Below, in pieces: positions 40,715-54,657 of a stretch of 64,000 nucleotides of DNA (position 1 is the stretch's first letter; each line of letters opens with the position of its first letter). The notes under the pieces were generated by a model. It made no database searches, was not told the origin of the DNA, and worked only from the letters and a program-made list of their open reading frames with translations. Location: the NCBI GenBank assembly GCA_964016885.1, contig OZ024747.1:52080001-52144000 (forward strand), read 5' to 3'. A program made the position numbers and the translations under genes. Source of the DNA: Eledone cirrhosa (lineage: Eukaryota).

Positions 40715-41656
40715 TCTTTATTTGCCACAAGGGCGTACAAGAAATGGAACAATGCAAGACGTGACGGCGGACGTTTTACATGGAATCATATAAACTTTAA
40801 CATTAATAAATAACAATAAACTATATATTAAAAAATTAAAAAATCGAAATCGCTTTGTTGTTTTACACCCCGTAGATAAAACAACCCTCAACACCAGGAG
40901 CACGTTTTTATAGGTGTTTCCGACTTCCCTCTTTTTGTCTTCCTCAACCTATAGGTTTATATACAGAGGAGGCCCATTCAATCGGGCCATTTTCACCATA
41001 TTCATCAAACTTTCAGCGAATTTACTGGGATGCAGCATCTCTCTCCCCACTCTCACCTTCATTTTGAAGTGGTATTTAAAGAAGGGGATGAGTTGTTGTC
41101 CGGAGAGGAAGGTGATTGCTCTCAGTCCTTTTAACCTCGTCCACCATATTACCTCTTTCGCCATAGCCACCAGACAAAGGAAAACCGCCTCTCCTTCATT
41201 CTTAAATGAAGATGACGGGGTGATCCTCACGATTGACTCGGCTGACAACTGGATGCGTCCCACACGTGATAGTAGCTGTTCGACATAATTCCACAGGTCG
41301 GTCACCCCTGAGCACTGAACAATTGCGTGCAGAATGGTTTCAATGTCCTGCTCGCATCTTGGACAGGTCCTTTTGGCAGGATCCCTGCCAGGGTGTCCGT
41401 GCCTGTAGATTTTGTCTCGAACTAGTAGAGCTCCTCGGTAGCACTGCCAGGCCAGAGACCTCTGGAAGTTATCCATAGGCCCTGGACGGAAAGTCCTCCC
41501 GAACGGACTGGCCAGTTCGTCTCTTCGATGTCTCCCCGAGAACGTCGTCGCACTTATCATCCACTAATCCCCTATAGAATATCGACGTGGAGCCTCCGTT
41601 GATTGCCGTTTCCACTTGGTAGAAGGCTGTGAGTATCTGAACGCACTTGAGGTGCC
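40715..41656 (-). mobile_element. Tx1/L1-clade LINE 3' fragment (zf-RVT CCHC) flanked by (GATA)n
   Basis: ORF 40949-41560: SLAWQCYRGALLVRDKIYRH...CPRCEQDIETILHAIVQCSGVTDLW...AKEVIWWTR. Confidence 0.85.
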
Positions 41657-41775
<119 letters not shown>

Positions 41776-42385
41776 TTCTTTATTTGCCACAAAGACACAT
41801 GCCGGGGATTTTACATACAGTCGTGTAAAAATATTGAAACAAACAATTATAACAATCGAAATCCCCAATAAGGGGGAGGCACCACAAATGGGTTGTTTAA
41901 TACCCTGTCGATAGAACAACCCTCAACTTCAAGAGCGTGTTGTGCAAGTGCTCTTTTCTTCCTTTTGCTCTCTTCTTTAACCTACAGGCTTATAAACAGA
42001 GAAGGCCCAATCACTCGGGCCATTTTCGCTTCATTCACCCACCTTTCAGTAAATTTACTGGAGTGCAGTGCCTCCCTCTCTCCACTCTGATTATCCTTCT
42101 AAAGAGATACTTAAAGAAGGGAATTTATTGTTGTCCGGAGAGAAAGGCATCTGTCCTCAGTCCTCTCAATCTCGTCCACCATATAACCTCTTTCACCATA
42201 GCCTCTGTACAGAGGAAAACCGCCTCTCTTTCGTTTTTGAAAGAGGCTGGCGGTTTGATCGGACTCGGCAGTCAACTGGATTTGTCCCATACGCGACAGC
42301 AGTTGTTCTGCATAGTTCCACAGGTCACTTACGCCCGGGAAGTGTACAATTGCGTGCAAGACGGTTTCAAAGTCCTGCTAGCAAT
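41776..42385 (-). mobile_element. Second Tx1/L1-clade 3' fragment flanked by (GATA)n
   Basis: LHAIVHFPGVSDLWNYAEQLLSRMGQIQLTAES; same 3' terminus tttatttgccac as the first copy. Confidence 0.8.
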
Positions 42386-42446
42386 AGATAGATAGATTGA
42401 TAAATAAATTTCTATTTATTGCCACGAAGGCACAAAAGTAGGGGCT

Positions 42447-42500
<54 letters not shown>

Positions 42501-42804
42501 GTCGTGATTGAGGTGATGTCGTTATTGTTAGTGCTGGTGTTCGACGAAATCTAATCAGTGATCCCAGCATGACCGCAATCTAATGACTGCAAAAGGTTAA
42601 AGAATAAAAGAATCTAAAATTAGTCACAACTTTAAAGTCTGTACTTCTCAAGCCGTGTAAAAATTAACTGTTCTTTCTACGTCTTTTAGCCTTTCCCAGT
42701 ATTGAGTAGGTAATATTTTCTCGACGTTTTAGCTTGCCTTTCATATCCAGTTTCATGAACAATTAAAGTACATTTTATGTACCAGAACACATTATTACAT
42801 GTGA

Positions 42805-43165
42805 ATTGACAGTATCGGTAGAGGGTCGGACACCATGCTTTCCAGCATAGTTACGTCCCTTTGCGGTCTGAGTTCAAATCCCGCCGAGGTTAACTTTGCC
42901 TTTCATCCTTACGGGGTCGATAAAATAAAGTACCAGTAATGGACTGGGTAATTACTGGCCTTGTGCCAAAAGTAGAAACAATTATTACATATATCACCAG
43001 TAATAAAGTAAAATAAAGTACCAGTAATGGACTGGTTTATTGCTGGCCTTGTGCCAAAAGTAGAAACAATTATTACATATATCACCAGTAATAAAGTAAA
43101 ATAAAGTACCAGTAATGTACTGGGTTATTGCTGGCCTTGTGCCAAAAGTAGAAACATTATTACAT
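42805..43165 (+). mobile_element. Family-A SINE with its 3' tail in three tandem copies
   Basis: aaataaagtaccagtaatg.actgg...ggccttgtgccaaaagtagaaaca repeated three times at about 90-bp spacing. Confidence 0.88.
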
Positions 43166-43206
43166 ATATTACAACGTACCTACACACACACACGCACACG
43201 CACACG

Positions 43207-43241
<35 letters not shown>

Positions 43242-43252
43242 ACACACACACG

Positions 43253-43299
<47 letters not shown>

Positions 43300-43580
43300 G
43301 TATATATATATACATATGTATATATATATATACATATGTATATATATATGTACACATCTCGAAAAGACCCCTAAAAAATAGTTTTGAAAGGAAAGGATTA
43401 CATATCTCTACTCTTTTACTCTTTTACCTGTTCCAGCCATCCGGCTGAGGCCATGCTGGGGCACTGCCCTTCTTTACATGACAAAATATAAATGCACACA
43501 CATATATATATGTATATGTATATATAGATGTGTATGCATACATATATATATCAAAGATGAACGTGGAAAATGACGGAAAG

Positions 43581-43656
<76 letters not shown>

Positions 43657-43666
43657 TATGTGTGTA

Positions 43667-43697
<31 letters not shown>

Positions 43698-44040
43698 ATG
43701 TGTGTGTGCATATGTATGTGTGTGTGCGTAAAAATATAAATAATGAACAAAATGGTGTAGAAATATATAGCAATTTTAAAATAAAATTTAAACAAAGAAA
43801 GTAACAAAAACAGTGAAACAAAAATGAAGAAGAAAACAGATGGCGGCCATAGCGTAAGTAAAAGTGATTTTCTGGTCGGCAGAACATGGTGAATTATGTT
43901 AAACTACAAAGACCACATCTAGCCACCATTTTTCGCCGACAGAGCTTCCACTATTTTACAAGTACGAATATATGCATGTATGTATATATATATATATATG
44001 TGTGTGTATGTATATATATATATATGTATGTGTGTGCGTG

Positions 44041-44082
<42 letters not shown>

Positions 44083-44157
44083 AATATATATACATACATA
44101 CATACATACATACATACATACATACATACATACATACATACATACATAGATATATGC

Positions 44158-44208
<51 letters not shown>

Positions 44209-44540
44209 TAGAGAGAAAGAGCGAGATAGAGAGAGAGAAAAAAGGAAGAGAGATAGAGAGAGAGAGAGAGAGATAGAGAAAGAGGTAGAGAGAGGTAGAG
44301 AGAGATAGACAGATATATATATATATATATATGTGTGTGTGTTTAACTATTTATATATATATATGTATGTATGTGTTTCTTTGTTTAGATGTGTGTGTAT
44401 TTAATTATAAATTTACACTTATACTTGTATATATATATATTTATATATCAAAATATTTGTGGGTGGCTTGAATGAATATGGTGTTTGGCTTAATATATAT
44501 TATATTTATCTATGCATAATTGTTGTACATGTGCCTATCT

Positions 44541-44623
<83 letters not shown>

Positions 44624-44756
44624 ACACTCTCGCCATTTCTATTCTCCTCTCTCTCTCTCTCTCTCTCTAATCTCGAATTCCCCCCTCTGTCTCTCTCTTT
44701 GTGTTTCTCTCTCACTTCCTTTATCCCTCCTGAGCATATATGGGAGCCGGGTGCTC

Positions 44757-44791
<35 letters not shown>

Positions 44792-45372
44792 TGTGTATGT
44801 GTATATGTATATTGTTTTTTTCTTCTGTGCATGCGTTTGTTTGTGTGTGTGTTTATATGATTGTATGTGTATGTATGCGTGTACGTGTACATATATGTAC
44901 GTGTGTATGTACTTTTTTTAAGTGCTCTCGATTGTATCACGAAGCATGAATAATTATGGATCGATTTCTCACAAAAGTATACTGCATCATATTTGTTGGT
45001 GGAGGGTTTAGTTAGTTAACTCAACCTATCACTCAACTGCTACTTATTTCATTGAACCCCAGAAAATAGACCTCACAGTAAAACTCAGAAATTATATGTA
45101 TAGTCTCTGTGGGGTTAAGGATACCGCCTCCTCAACCATAGTCTCTGGTCAACCAATGTCAGTGAAATTTATTTGACGGAAACTCCCGAAATGCGTCGTT
45201 CTTGCAACCATTCCGAAGTTGTTAAAATATTTCTTATTCAGTGAGTTTGTGCGTGTGTGTGTGCGTCTGTGTCTCTGTGTGTCTGTGTATGTGTATGTGT
45301 GCGCGCGCGCGCGCATATGCGTGTATATTAGTTAATATATCATTCTTTCTTGTCAAATAATTAGGTCGTAGA

Positions 45373-45436
<64 letters not shown>

Positions 45437-48400
45437 AAATGATAAAGAGAGAGGGAGAAGCAACTCCTATACCGGGCTGGTACTTTATTTAGCTACCTTC
45501 AAATGATGAAATACAAAGTTGACATTGGCGGAAATTGAACTCAGACAGATTGCAGTGAATCGGGAAAATACTGAGGTATCTTTAATCTGACACCCAAGCG
45601 ACTCTGTCAAATCACTGCTTTAATATACATTTCAATATTACAAATGTACAGTCTATATACTTATACAATACAACACTTTACTGTACATCACAACTCTAAT
45701 CCCTGAATGAAACTGCTAAATCTGAATTAAAAAGTAATGGACTCTAAATACACTAACACTGTACTGAACAATACTAGCTGTATATAGAATACCATTGTGC
45801 ATTATAAAAATCGTACTCTACTGTATTTTCCTGTACCAATACAACCATGTTGTGGAGAACCGTTGTTGTACTGTAAAATAAAACAACAGCAAAAACAAAA
45901 ATCAAAAACACTGTACAACTGCACAGTAAAACTAATAATGGCTACTTTAAGTGCGACTGTAAGACCTGAGAAAGAGATTGGGGTGAAAAGGAGGAGGAGT
46001 GTAAGGTTACATCAATCTAACAACAGTTGCCTGTTTTCACTTCTAGCACAGCACAGCTCTCCGTTGCAGTTTCCGGAGTCGGTTGTGTTTCATGTCGAAA
46101 ATTTATGCACGGCCATGTTTCCCCTTACACGAAATAGTTGGCCAATACGCTGAAATAAATTTCACTTCAGTTTTATCTTGAAAAAAAAAAAAGAGAAAAA
46201 GAAAGAAAAGAAAGAATAAACATAAAAATAAAAATAATAATAGCAAACACAACTCGCAAAAGAACAAAGACATTAACATATATATAAATATATAAAAAAA
46301 AAAGAAGGTAAAAATTATGCCTCCTCTGATGTCCCATAATGCTTTACGTTCGACTTGAAATAGCCGAGCACTTCTTTGATCTTTTGCCCATTCACTAGTG
46401 TTCTTTAACTGATATATATATATATGTATATATATTTTTTATTGTAAACCTCAACACTAAAATATGTCCAATAAGTAAAAGATTAAAGAATACAACAATA
46501 CAACTATTGACTTCCATCAATTCTGTTTCCCTCTTTGTGGTTTACTCCCCCTCGCGAATTTTTTAAAGTTATTATTTATGATATAGCATTGAAATTCAAA
46601 TATGTTCTTTCTTATTTTCTGTTCCCTTCTTTAGCCTCTTTTTATGCATCTCCCTTTCCTTAAACAGTCTTTCATTATAATCCGCTTTTTATTTTCTTAT
46701 TTTTCCTCTTCTCCCCACCGCCGCTTTCTATATATGTTTCATATATTTTATTCGTTCCCTAAAGCCGTTTCTATTTGGACATCAAAAAGACTGGCAGGTA
46801 CCGTAAAATTCCGTTGTTGCTGATATTTCTTCAAACATCGGTTTGTTGGTCGAAGAAATGAAAATAATACCGCCATTACTAAGACAACCTCTCGCTATTT
46901 ATTAAAGATTACACGTGAACAAAATACAAGCAGTGAATAATTGACGGCATGAAGGCGTTTGTGTGTGTGTACATAAATATATATATACACATATATACAT
47001 ATATATTCTCTGTAAGACTCGGAAAGTTTAACCTTAAACTCGGCCTCTCCATCCTGGCATCCACACATCAAAATGGCTTTTAATAAATTTCTTTCTGATA
47101 AACGAAATCTATCAAACCAAGCCTTTGATAAGACGTCCTTTTTCAACAACGACGCATTTCTTTCATGTGTCAAGATCACAACGGGACTTAGTGAGTAAGA
47201 TAAGTGGAAAGGGGAAAAATCCGAAAAATCTCCCCCGAATTTTTCACTTCATGCTGATCTCTCGCACAGGAAAGGGCATTTAGGCTATAAAAAGCACATT
47301 TTTCCTAGGCAGTCACACATGAATTGTCCGGATCTACAGATTCGACCAAGCAACGCTGAATAAAGAAAAGGAGAAATGTCAAACACATAGTGTTTATATG
47401 ATGTAGTGGCTAAAAATAGTGGGTGCCAAAAATACTGTTGATATATGAACCTGAAAGATTAAATTGAGTTAAAACGATTTCTAGGGTCTTATAGGTCAGA
47501 GCAGTAACGGTGATATAAAGTGTAAATAGAATCCAAGTAAACAAAATCCACGAAGCGGTTTCCATTTCAGTTGAAGTTATGCTATATATGTATGTATTTC
47601 TCTTAGAAAAAGCCTAACAACTTCTAGTCACCGGAATCACTAGATTATATCAGTTATAAGAGCAGAAGCTTTAACAAGAAATCTTGTATTTTGTTGTGGT
47701 ATTGTTGTTATTGTTGACGTTGTTGCTGTTGTAATAGCAATAGTTGTTGGTGTTAAAGCTGTGAAGCGTGCATAATTTTGTGGGTAATGTGTTACGTTCA
47801 TGATCATAAGATAGTGAGTTCGATTCCCAGACGGGTGACATTTTCTGTCCTTAAACAGAACAATTTATTTTCCATTGCTTCAATCTACTCAGCTGAGAAA
47901 AACTAATTTGTACCAGTAATTCAAAGGTCCGACATTCTTACACTCTGCATTATGCTGAACCTCGACAAGAACTATGCTACGGGTACACGTGGAATGTCAA
48001 TCACTTACATGCTAATTTCACGAGCAAACTATTACATTTCTGAAACAACAAGAACACTCAGGGAGATCCAACATATATTTGTCGCTACAGTTCACAGATA
48101 CGTACGTTTAGTCGGATTTCTTTGACGTTGTACCTCATAAGAGATTTATTGGCTGTTTTTAATAACAGGGACCCCAGTTTTATCGTGTCACAATTTTCTT
48201 CATAATAGGAGACGGGATTTGGACACAGAACGCCGGAACAAACACATTAAGGTACTTGATCCGATGTTCTTATAAACCCACCAATCCGCTACCCGGAAAT
48301 CAAAGTTGATCTCGGGAGGTTTAGAGCTTCGAACACAAAATCAGAACAAAGCCATTTAGTCTATCACTCTAACAACTCAAACAATTCACACCCTTGCTAA

Positions 48401-48966
48401 CTTTTATGTGAGAGAAAGGAAATATTGAATGATTGATCGAAAAGTTTTAATCGATGGACTTTAGCTGATCATTTATAAATTTCCCGCTGATCCTCCACGA
48501 CATTTTTAATGGAACAACCGAGTTGTTTGGTTATAAATTGATTTCGTATATACACACGTTAACCCAGACTTTCTAAAAAGGGATTAGCAATATAAATGAG
48601 TTTTTTTAATGGCTACAATCAAATCAGCTATGTATCATAAGCATTTATCACTTTTCTTTGGTGCCTCTTCTATATAATTGTTTCTACTTTAGGCACAAGG
48701 GCAGCAAATACCCAGTGCATTACTGGTTCTTTATTTTATCGACCCCGTAAGGATGAAAGGCAAAGTCAACCTCGGCGGGATTTGAACTCAGATCGTAAAG
48801 GGACGTAACTATGGTGGAAAGCATGGCGTCCGACCCTCTACTGATACTGCCAATATCTCTAAAACGCATAAACTGATTTCTTATATTTCTCTGTGTACAG
48901 AGGGAATAGTAAAAAGCGTATTTACACTTCATTCTTTGTGCAGTAAGTTTTCCCCCTCTCTCTCTC

Positions 48967-49035
<69 letters not shown>

Positions 49036-49294
49036 ATATATATATATATATATTAAATGCCTAAAATTAAGAACATTTTCTTTTAATTACGAAATTCAAT
49101 TCAGCTAGACTGTTAATTGTGATTAAATGGGAATTCAGAGAACTTATATATACGCTTATAAAGTTACCATGAAAGAGAACTTATATGTATATATATTTAC
49201 CAAAGAAAGAGAACTTATATATATATAGTTACCAATGAAAGGCAACTTATACATATGTATAGTTACTAATGAACAGGTAAAAGAGAATAAAAGA

Positions 49295-49328
<34 letters not shown>

Positions 49329-49627
49329 GCAATATCAACATGTTTATAATAAACAGCTATTATCAGCGACCTGATTTTGCGTGTGTGTCATTTTAACGGC
49401 TTGACCGCATGCGTTGGGCAGGAAGCGAAATATTTACTTATTGTAGGGCTTGCAACCTTATAATGTGGAAATAGGCTGTCTGAAGATTCATTTCTTTCCA
49501 TTGGAAATTCTCTGGATTTCCAATCTTTTGGAATGATGAAACCGTCGGTAGCAGCAACAGAACAGGTGATTATTTAAATCGTTTTTTAATTTATTTAGAG
49601 AATTGTTTGATAACCGCTTGCTCCGCT

Positions 49628-49667
<40 letters not shown>

Positions 49668-49699
49668 CCAATGAAAGACATCTTATATATATATATATA

Positions 49700-50106
49700 T
49701 ATAAGTAGAAAGGGTATCTAATTTGTTGGAAGTCCGACAAATATAAATGTTTATAACTGATTTAGAGCACTCAACAAATTTACTGGAGTAAATAATCAAT
49801 GCTATTAAATAAATGGAAACTATATTTATAAAACCATATTTATTTTATTATATATATATTTCAAGGGTACTAAGACACATTGGTATGCTTTCATCAGATA
49901 AAATACAAAGTTTGTTTTATAAATAGACACATACCCATGAAAATCATACCTTATCGGTTGGATATTCACTGGATAGTGGAAATATATTAGGGATTTTTCA
50001 AACTTATGTGTGAATATGCAAATGAATATGTAAATAATTGAATAACAACCGTTTATTTAAACGACTATGGAGAGAGAGAAGAGATAAGAAGAGAAGGATA
50101 ACATAG

Positions 50107-50176
<70 letters not shown>

Positions 50177-51290
50177 GAAACAAGAGAAGATGAATAAAAA
50201 CTCATATAACGTTAATTTGAGGGAAATATATTCTAAGTATATATCTTAATAGTACATGTATTTACGATTATTAGTTGTTTAAAATTTGTTTATAATATAA
50301 TATTTTCTTCTGTTATAAGTAGATAAATAAATAAATAAATAAATAAATAAATACATAAATAAATACATAAATAAATAAATAAATGGGTATATCATGTTAT
50401 AGAAAATTGTTCTAATGAGTTATGGGGGATATTGGTTTTGTATTTAATGTAAATAAAAATTAAGTTATTTAAATTAAATTAACTGAGTTAATAAGAATAT
50501 TTATATTTATAAGATTTAAAACGGGAAGATACGGAAAAACTCCGGTTTAATTTATTTATTCGTTAGTGTGTGACTATTTGGTCAAAATAAGTATAGATGT
50601 TGAAAGATACATTTAGCCAGAATCGGTTAGTGGTTATAAATCTATTGAAAAATATTGAAAAAATATTGATAAAGTATTGAAAAAATATTGAAAAAGTATT
50701 GAAAATATTGAAAAATTTGAGAAAATTTTTTTTAAAAATAATTTATAAGAGATAAGTAATTTTTAAAGAAATAAAAATTTAAGAAATAAAAATAAAGAAA
50801 TAAAAATTATTAAATTTAAAATTAAAATTTTAAAAAAGATTAGAATTATATACGTATATATTTTAATAATCTTTAAGAAGTGGAATTACAGCAAATGTTA
50901 TCGATATTTTGATTTAGAGATATCAATATATTAAAACCAAGTGGATGAGATTGTTATGGAAATAAGTAGAAATATTATAAGTATAATTATAAGTTATATA
51001 TAGTTCTAAATATTGAATTCTGGCGATGTCTACAAGAATTAAATAAATTTGTTCTTAGATTAATAGAGTTTTTACATTTAAGTACGAAAAAAATTTCCTC
51101 AATACACAATTTGCAGAATCTAGATAAAGCTGTGTTTCAGTACGCGGGTGCTTTTGAAACTGTTTCCCAAGTTAATGAATAGTCCATATTCTTGCATTTT
51201 AAGTTCCATATCAGGTTTGAAAGAGAAGTTGAAGATTTTATATCAAATCTTCGGAAAGAGCAATTATGGTTATTCCAGCGACGTGTTTAG
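49700..51290 (-). mobile_element. PLE 3' fragment (GIY-YIG C-terminus plus pseudo-LTR), related to 19513-22635
   Basis: Minus strand RWNNHNCSF..STSLSNLIWNLK..W..APAY..CKLCIEEI..NLRTNLFNSCRH; the pLTR shares aaatggaaactatatttataaaaccatat. Confidence 0.85.
49841..49905 (-). ncRNA. Type I hammerhead ribozyme in PLE pseudo-LTR
   Basis: Minus strand TATTTTAT CTGATGA AAGCATACCAA-tgtgtc-TTAGTACCCTT GAAA TATATATA TA ATAAAATA, with a perfect 8-bp stem I. Confidence 0.75.
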
Positions 51291-51664
51291 ATAAAAACGC
51301 GGTCTATAAATATACAGTTAAAACTAGTGATAATATATATATAGTGTTAGAAGGTAAGGTGACACAAACATGAGATGGATAGTTTCCCTTCGTCAGCTGT
51401 TTACTACGGATCATGGATGTTTCAGCGCATTACAAACAGAACACCGATCCAGAGCGCGCCCATAGCGTTTTATTTATCAAAAAGCCATAAGGGAAAGAAG
51501 TGATAGCGAAGGGAAGAAAAGAAAGAACAAAGGAAAGAATAAAAAAAGGAAAAAACAAAGTAAACATACCGAAAGAAGGGGGAACACAGGACAATGATAC
51601 TAGTAAGTGAGTAACCGCAGAGAAAATAGATCAAGTTAAAACAAGCCGTTGGGTTGAAAGACAA

Positions 51665-51753
<89 letters not shown>

Positions 51754-51780
51754 ACACGGGTATGATTGTGTATAGAAGAT

Positions 51781-52180
51781 TATATTAATAAAAGGAATCC
51801 CAACTTTGTCTGATTTACTCGTTTTATTTACAATCCTTTAAAATTTATAATGGCATTAGAATGAAATAGTATGGTAGAATATTAAATGTTAAGTGTTTAT
51901 TGAACAAGTACTTTCATGCTTTCGCAATCTTCAGGTTCATAATGTGTGGTGACAGTCAAGTTTGCAATTTTCAACTGTCAACACAGTTGAAAATTGCAAA
52001 CTTGACTGTCACCACACATTATGAACCTGAAGATTGCGAAAGCATGAAAGTACTTGTTCAATAAACACTTAACATTTAATATTCTACCATACTATTTCAT
52101 TCTAATACCATTATAAATTTTAAAGGATTGTAAATAAAACGAGTAAATAAGACAAAGTTGGAATTCCTTTTATTAATATA
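51781..52180. repeat. 400-bp near-perfect palindrome (198-bp arms, 4-nt spacer caac) with one hammerhead per arm
   Basis: The arms mirror around 51980/51981 with about 3 mismatches by eye. Confidence 0.95.
52022..52060 (+). ncRNA. Minimal type I hammerhead (mirror copy 51901-51939 on the minus strand)
   Basis: TGAAC CTGAAGA T TGC gaaa GCA T GAA AG ta CT T GTTCA; palindromic stem III AGTACT. Confidence 0.75.
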
Positions 52181-52182
52181 TA

Positions 52183-54078
52183 TACCAGCCTGGCTAGAAC
52201 ATTCTTTAGAGTACTGGATATATATTTCCCCAGGGCCCATAAGTACCATAAAATATTCAACAGACACACGGTGAAACTTTCCTACTCAACCACACGCTCC
52301 GTAGCCCAGCACATAGCTGGCATAAATAGGAATAGGCTCATTGCCTCTAATACCACCGTAAACCCTGGAGCCACCCAACAGAACCAGCACGCGGGACACA
52401 TCGGAACCCGGACAGGCCCAACTAGCACACCGGAACCCAACGACCCTGTGCTGATTGCGGAGGCTACCCAGCCAACCCCGTGTGATGCTGACCACGTGGT
52501 ACATGTGCTGGGGCTTAGGAAGTCATGTAATTGCAGAGACCCATCGCTATGCCCCCTTAGTAATGAATGCATGACCAAAAACGTGGTCTACAGGTGCAAG
52601 GTCACAACAGAATAGATAAGAGGAAATGTACAGCCCTTTCTGAATTGATCTGGAAGCTCAAACTTGAAAAGACCCCGCACTCTCTGGTCTGGTCCGTGGT
52701 TAGAAAGGTTCCCCCGGACAGAGGCGGGTCTAGTATTTGCAACCTCTGTCTTAGTGAGACACTCGAGATTCTTCATGGCGGAACCAAGCTATTAAACAGA
52801 AGGGCCGACTTATTCGGTGCCTGCAGACACCTAAGGACGGGAACTTTCCTCAAACTATATGGATAAACCCCGGTTACGGCCTCCCACAAGCCCCCCCGCC
52901 CCGGTAGGTCCCCTACACCCCGTACCAATGACCAATGGACAACAACAACCACCCATAGTTTGCGGTCCCTATGGTGGATGGTCCACCGGATCCTCCACAG
53001 GTTAGGAGTCATCTAAACAATGTTTTATTGAACCTGATTTTATATATATATGTATATATGTATCATGTGTATATATATATGTGTATTTTATATGTGTATG
53101 TATGCGTATTTTATATATGTGTGCGTATCTGTATGTATATTTTATATATATATATATGTGTATATGTGTGTGTGTATTTATATATATATATGTATGTTTT
53201 ACGTGTGTATATATTTTGTGTGTGTGTGTGTATTCTATGTATATATATATTTTTTATATTTTTGTATGTATATATTTTATGTATATGTATGTTCTGTGTA
53301 TATATATATATATTTTATATATATATATATGTGTGTATACTTGTGCGTACATGCATGCATGCATATATATATATACACACCTGTATGGATTTGTGTGTGT
53401 AGATGTGTGAGTGTTTGAGGGGGTAGGTGTGAGTGTATGTACAAGTGAACCAGCATAAACCTTTTATTTCTAAATTTTCTAAACTATCTAAGTATTGGAC
53501 TCTAACCATTATAATAAGTATTACCACCCCACCTTTTGTATGTGTGGATGTGTGTGTGTGTCTGTGTAGATGGGTATGAGTGTAGTGCAAGTCAACCTAC
53601 ATAAGCCTTTTTATTTGTAAACTTTCTACTCCAACCATAATTTTTAGTAGCACCACTCCACATAAATTCCTCAATTTAAGAATGACCTGTAGTATCTATT
53701 TCATACTATTAACCTTATTTGAAAATATATCTGACCAAGAATGCCTTTTGTAAAAATCAGTCATGTGGAACTATTGTCTTCTTGCCTGACGGTTTGAACC
53801 TTACAGAAGCACCTGCCTCTTTGAGGTCAAATACCAACCTACTACTATCTACAAATTGACCAATGAGAATCAAGACTATTTCTGCTGACAACATCAAAGT
53901 ATTCCTAACAAGCTCATATGTCCCAAGGTTCTGATACAACCAACACACAGAGCTGGCATATCTAAGAACTGACTAACTGTCTGATGAGGTCATAGCCATT
54001 CAATGGCTATCATCGAAATATATATAGCAGTAAATTAAGGATTATGAGTTCATGCAATTGACTTATGTTTCGTCACTA
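52183..54078 (+). mobile_element. 5'-truncated PLE (linker plus internally deleted GIY-YIG) with 3' pseudo-LTR
   Basis: FFRVLDIYFPRAHKYHKIFNRHTVKLSYS; CNCRDPSLCPLSNECMTKNVVY; TALSELIWKLK; CNLCLSE..LLNRR..CRH. Confidence 0.88.
53976..54031 (+). ncRNA. Type I hammerhead in PLE 3' pseudo-LTR
   Basis: ACTGT CTGATGA GGTCATAGCCAT tca ATGGCTATCATC GAAA TATATA TA GCAGT. Confidence 0.78.
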
Positions 54079-54082
54079 GATA

Positions 54083-54129
<47 letters not shown>

Positions 54130-54133
<4 letters not shown>

Positions 54134-54243
54134 AAACAAAATGAAAACGAAATTTTATTCTCACTCTTAGTATGGCACTTACTTAAATGTAAGTATGCAT
54201 GTATACGTACATACATATATGTATACAGACGTACAGTAGCATG

Positions 54244-54277
<34 letters not shown>

Positions 54278-54326
54278 TACATACATATACATACAGGTAC
54301 ACATACATATATGCACGTATCAGTTT
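54130..54326 (-). repeat. Inverted partial copy of the 473-bp unit at the array 5' junction
   Basis: Reverse complement of 54575-54771. Confidence 0.93.
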
Positions 54327-54623
54327 TAACTCACTCAATATGCAAATTAGGCTGCTCAGCCGTTAATTTTCATAAGGAAAGTATATACTTTCGAACGTTC
54401 AACTATCTGGCAGATGGGTAAACGGTGCTGATGATAGCTAACAAGCTTGAAACTAGTACATCGTTCCTGTGTCAGTGTTGAACAAAAAGGTGACGTGGTT
54501 GCCTTAACACCGTATGGCATAAATTCAGGCTGTTCAGTTTGTTTACAAACGAACAAAGCGACGTTAGCGCCGCTAAACTGATACGTGCATATATGTATGT
54601 GTACCTGTATGTATATGTATGTA

Positions 54624-54657
<34 letters not shown>

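Noticed and set aside
43840-43859. ATGGCGGCCATAGC|GTAAGT as a first coding exon
   Set aside because: It is only 14 coding nt among microsatellites, with no identifiable downstream exon or promoter evidence.
51375-51430. Minus-strand CTGACGAAGGGAAAC hammerhead candidate
   Set aside because: No stem II and no convincing stem I or III pairing.
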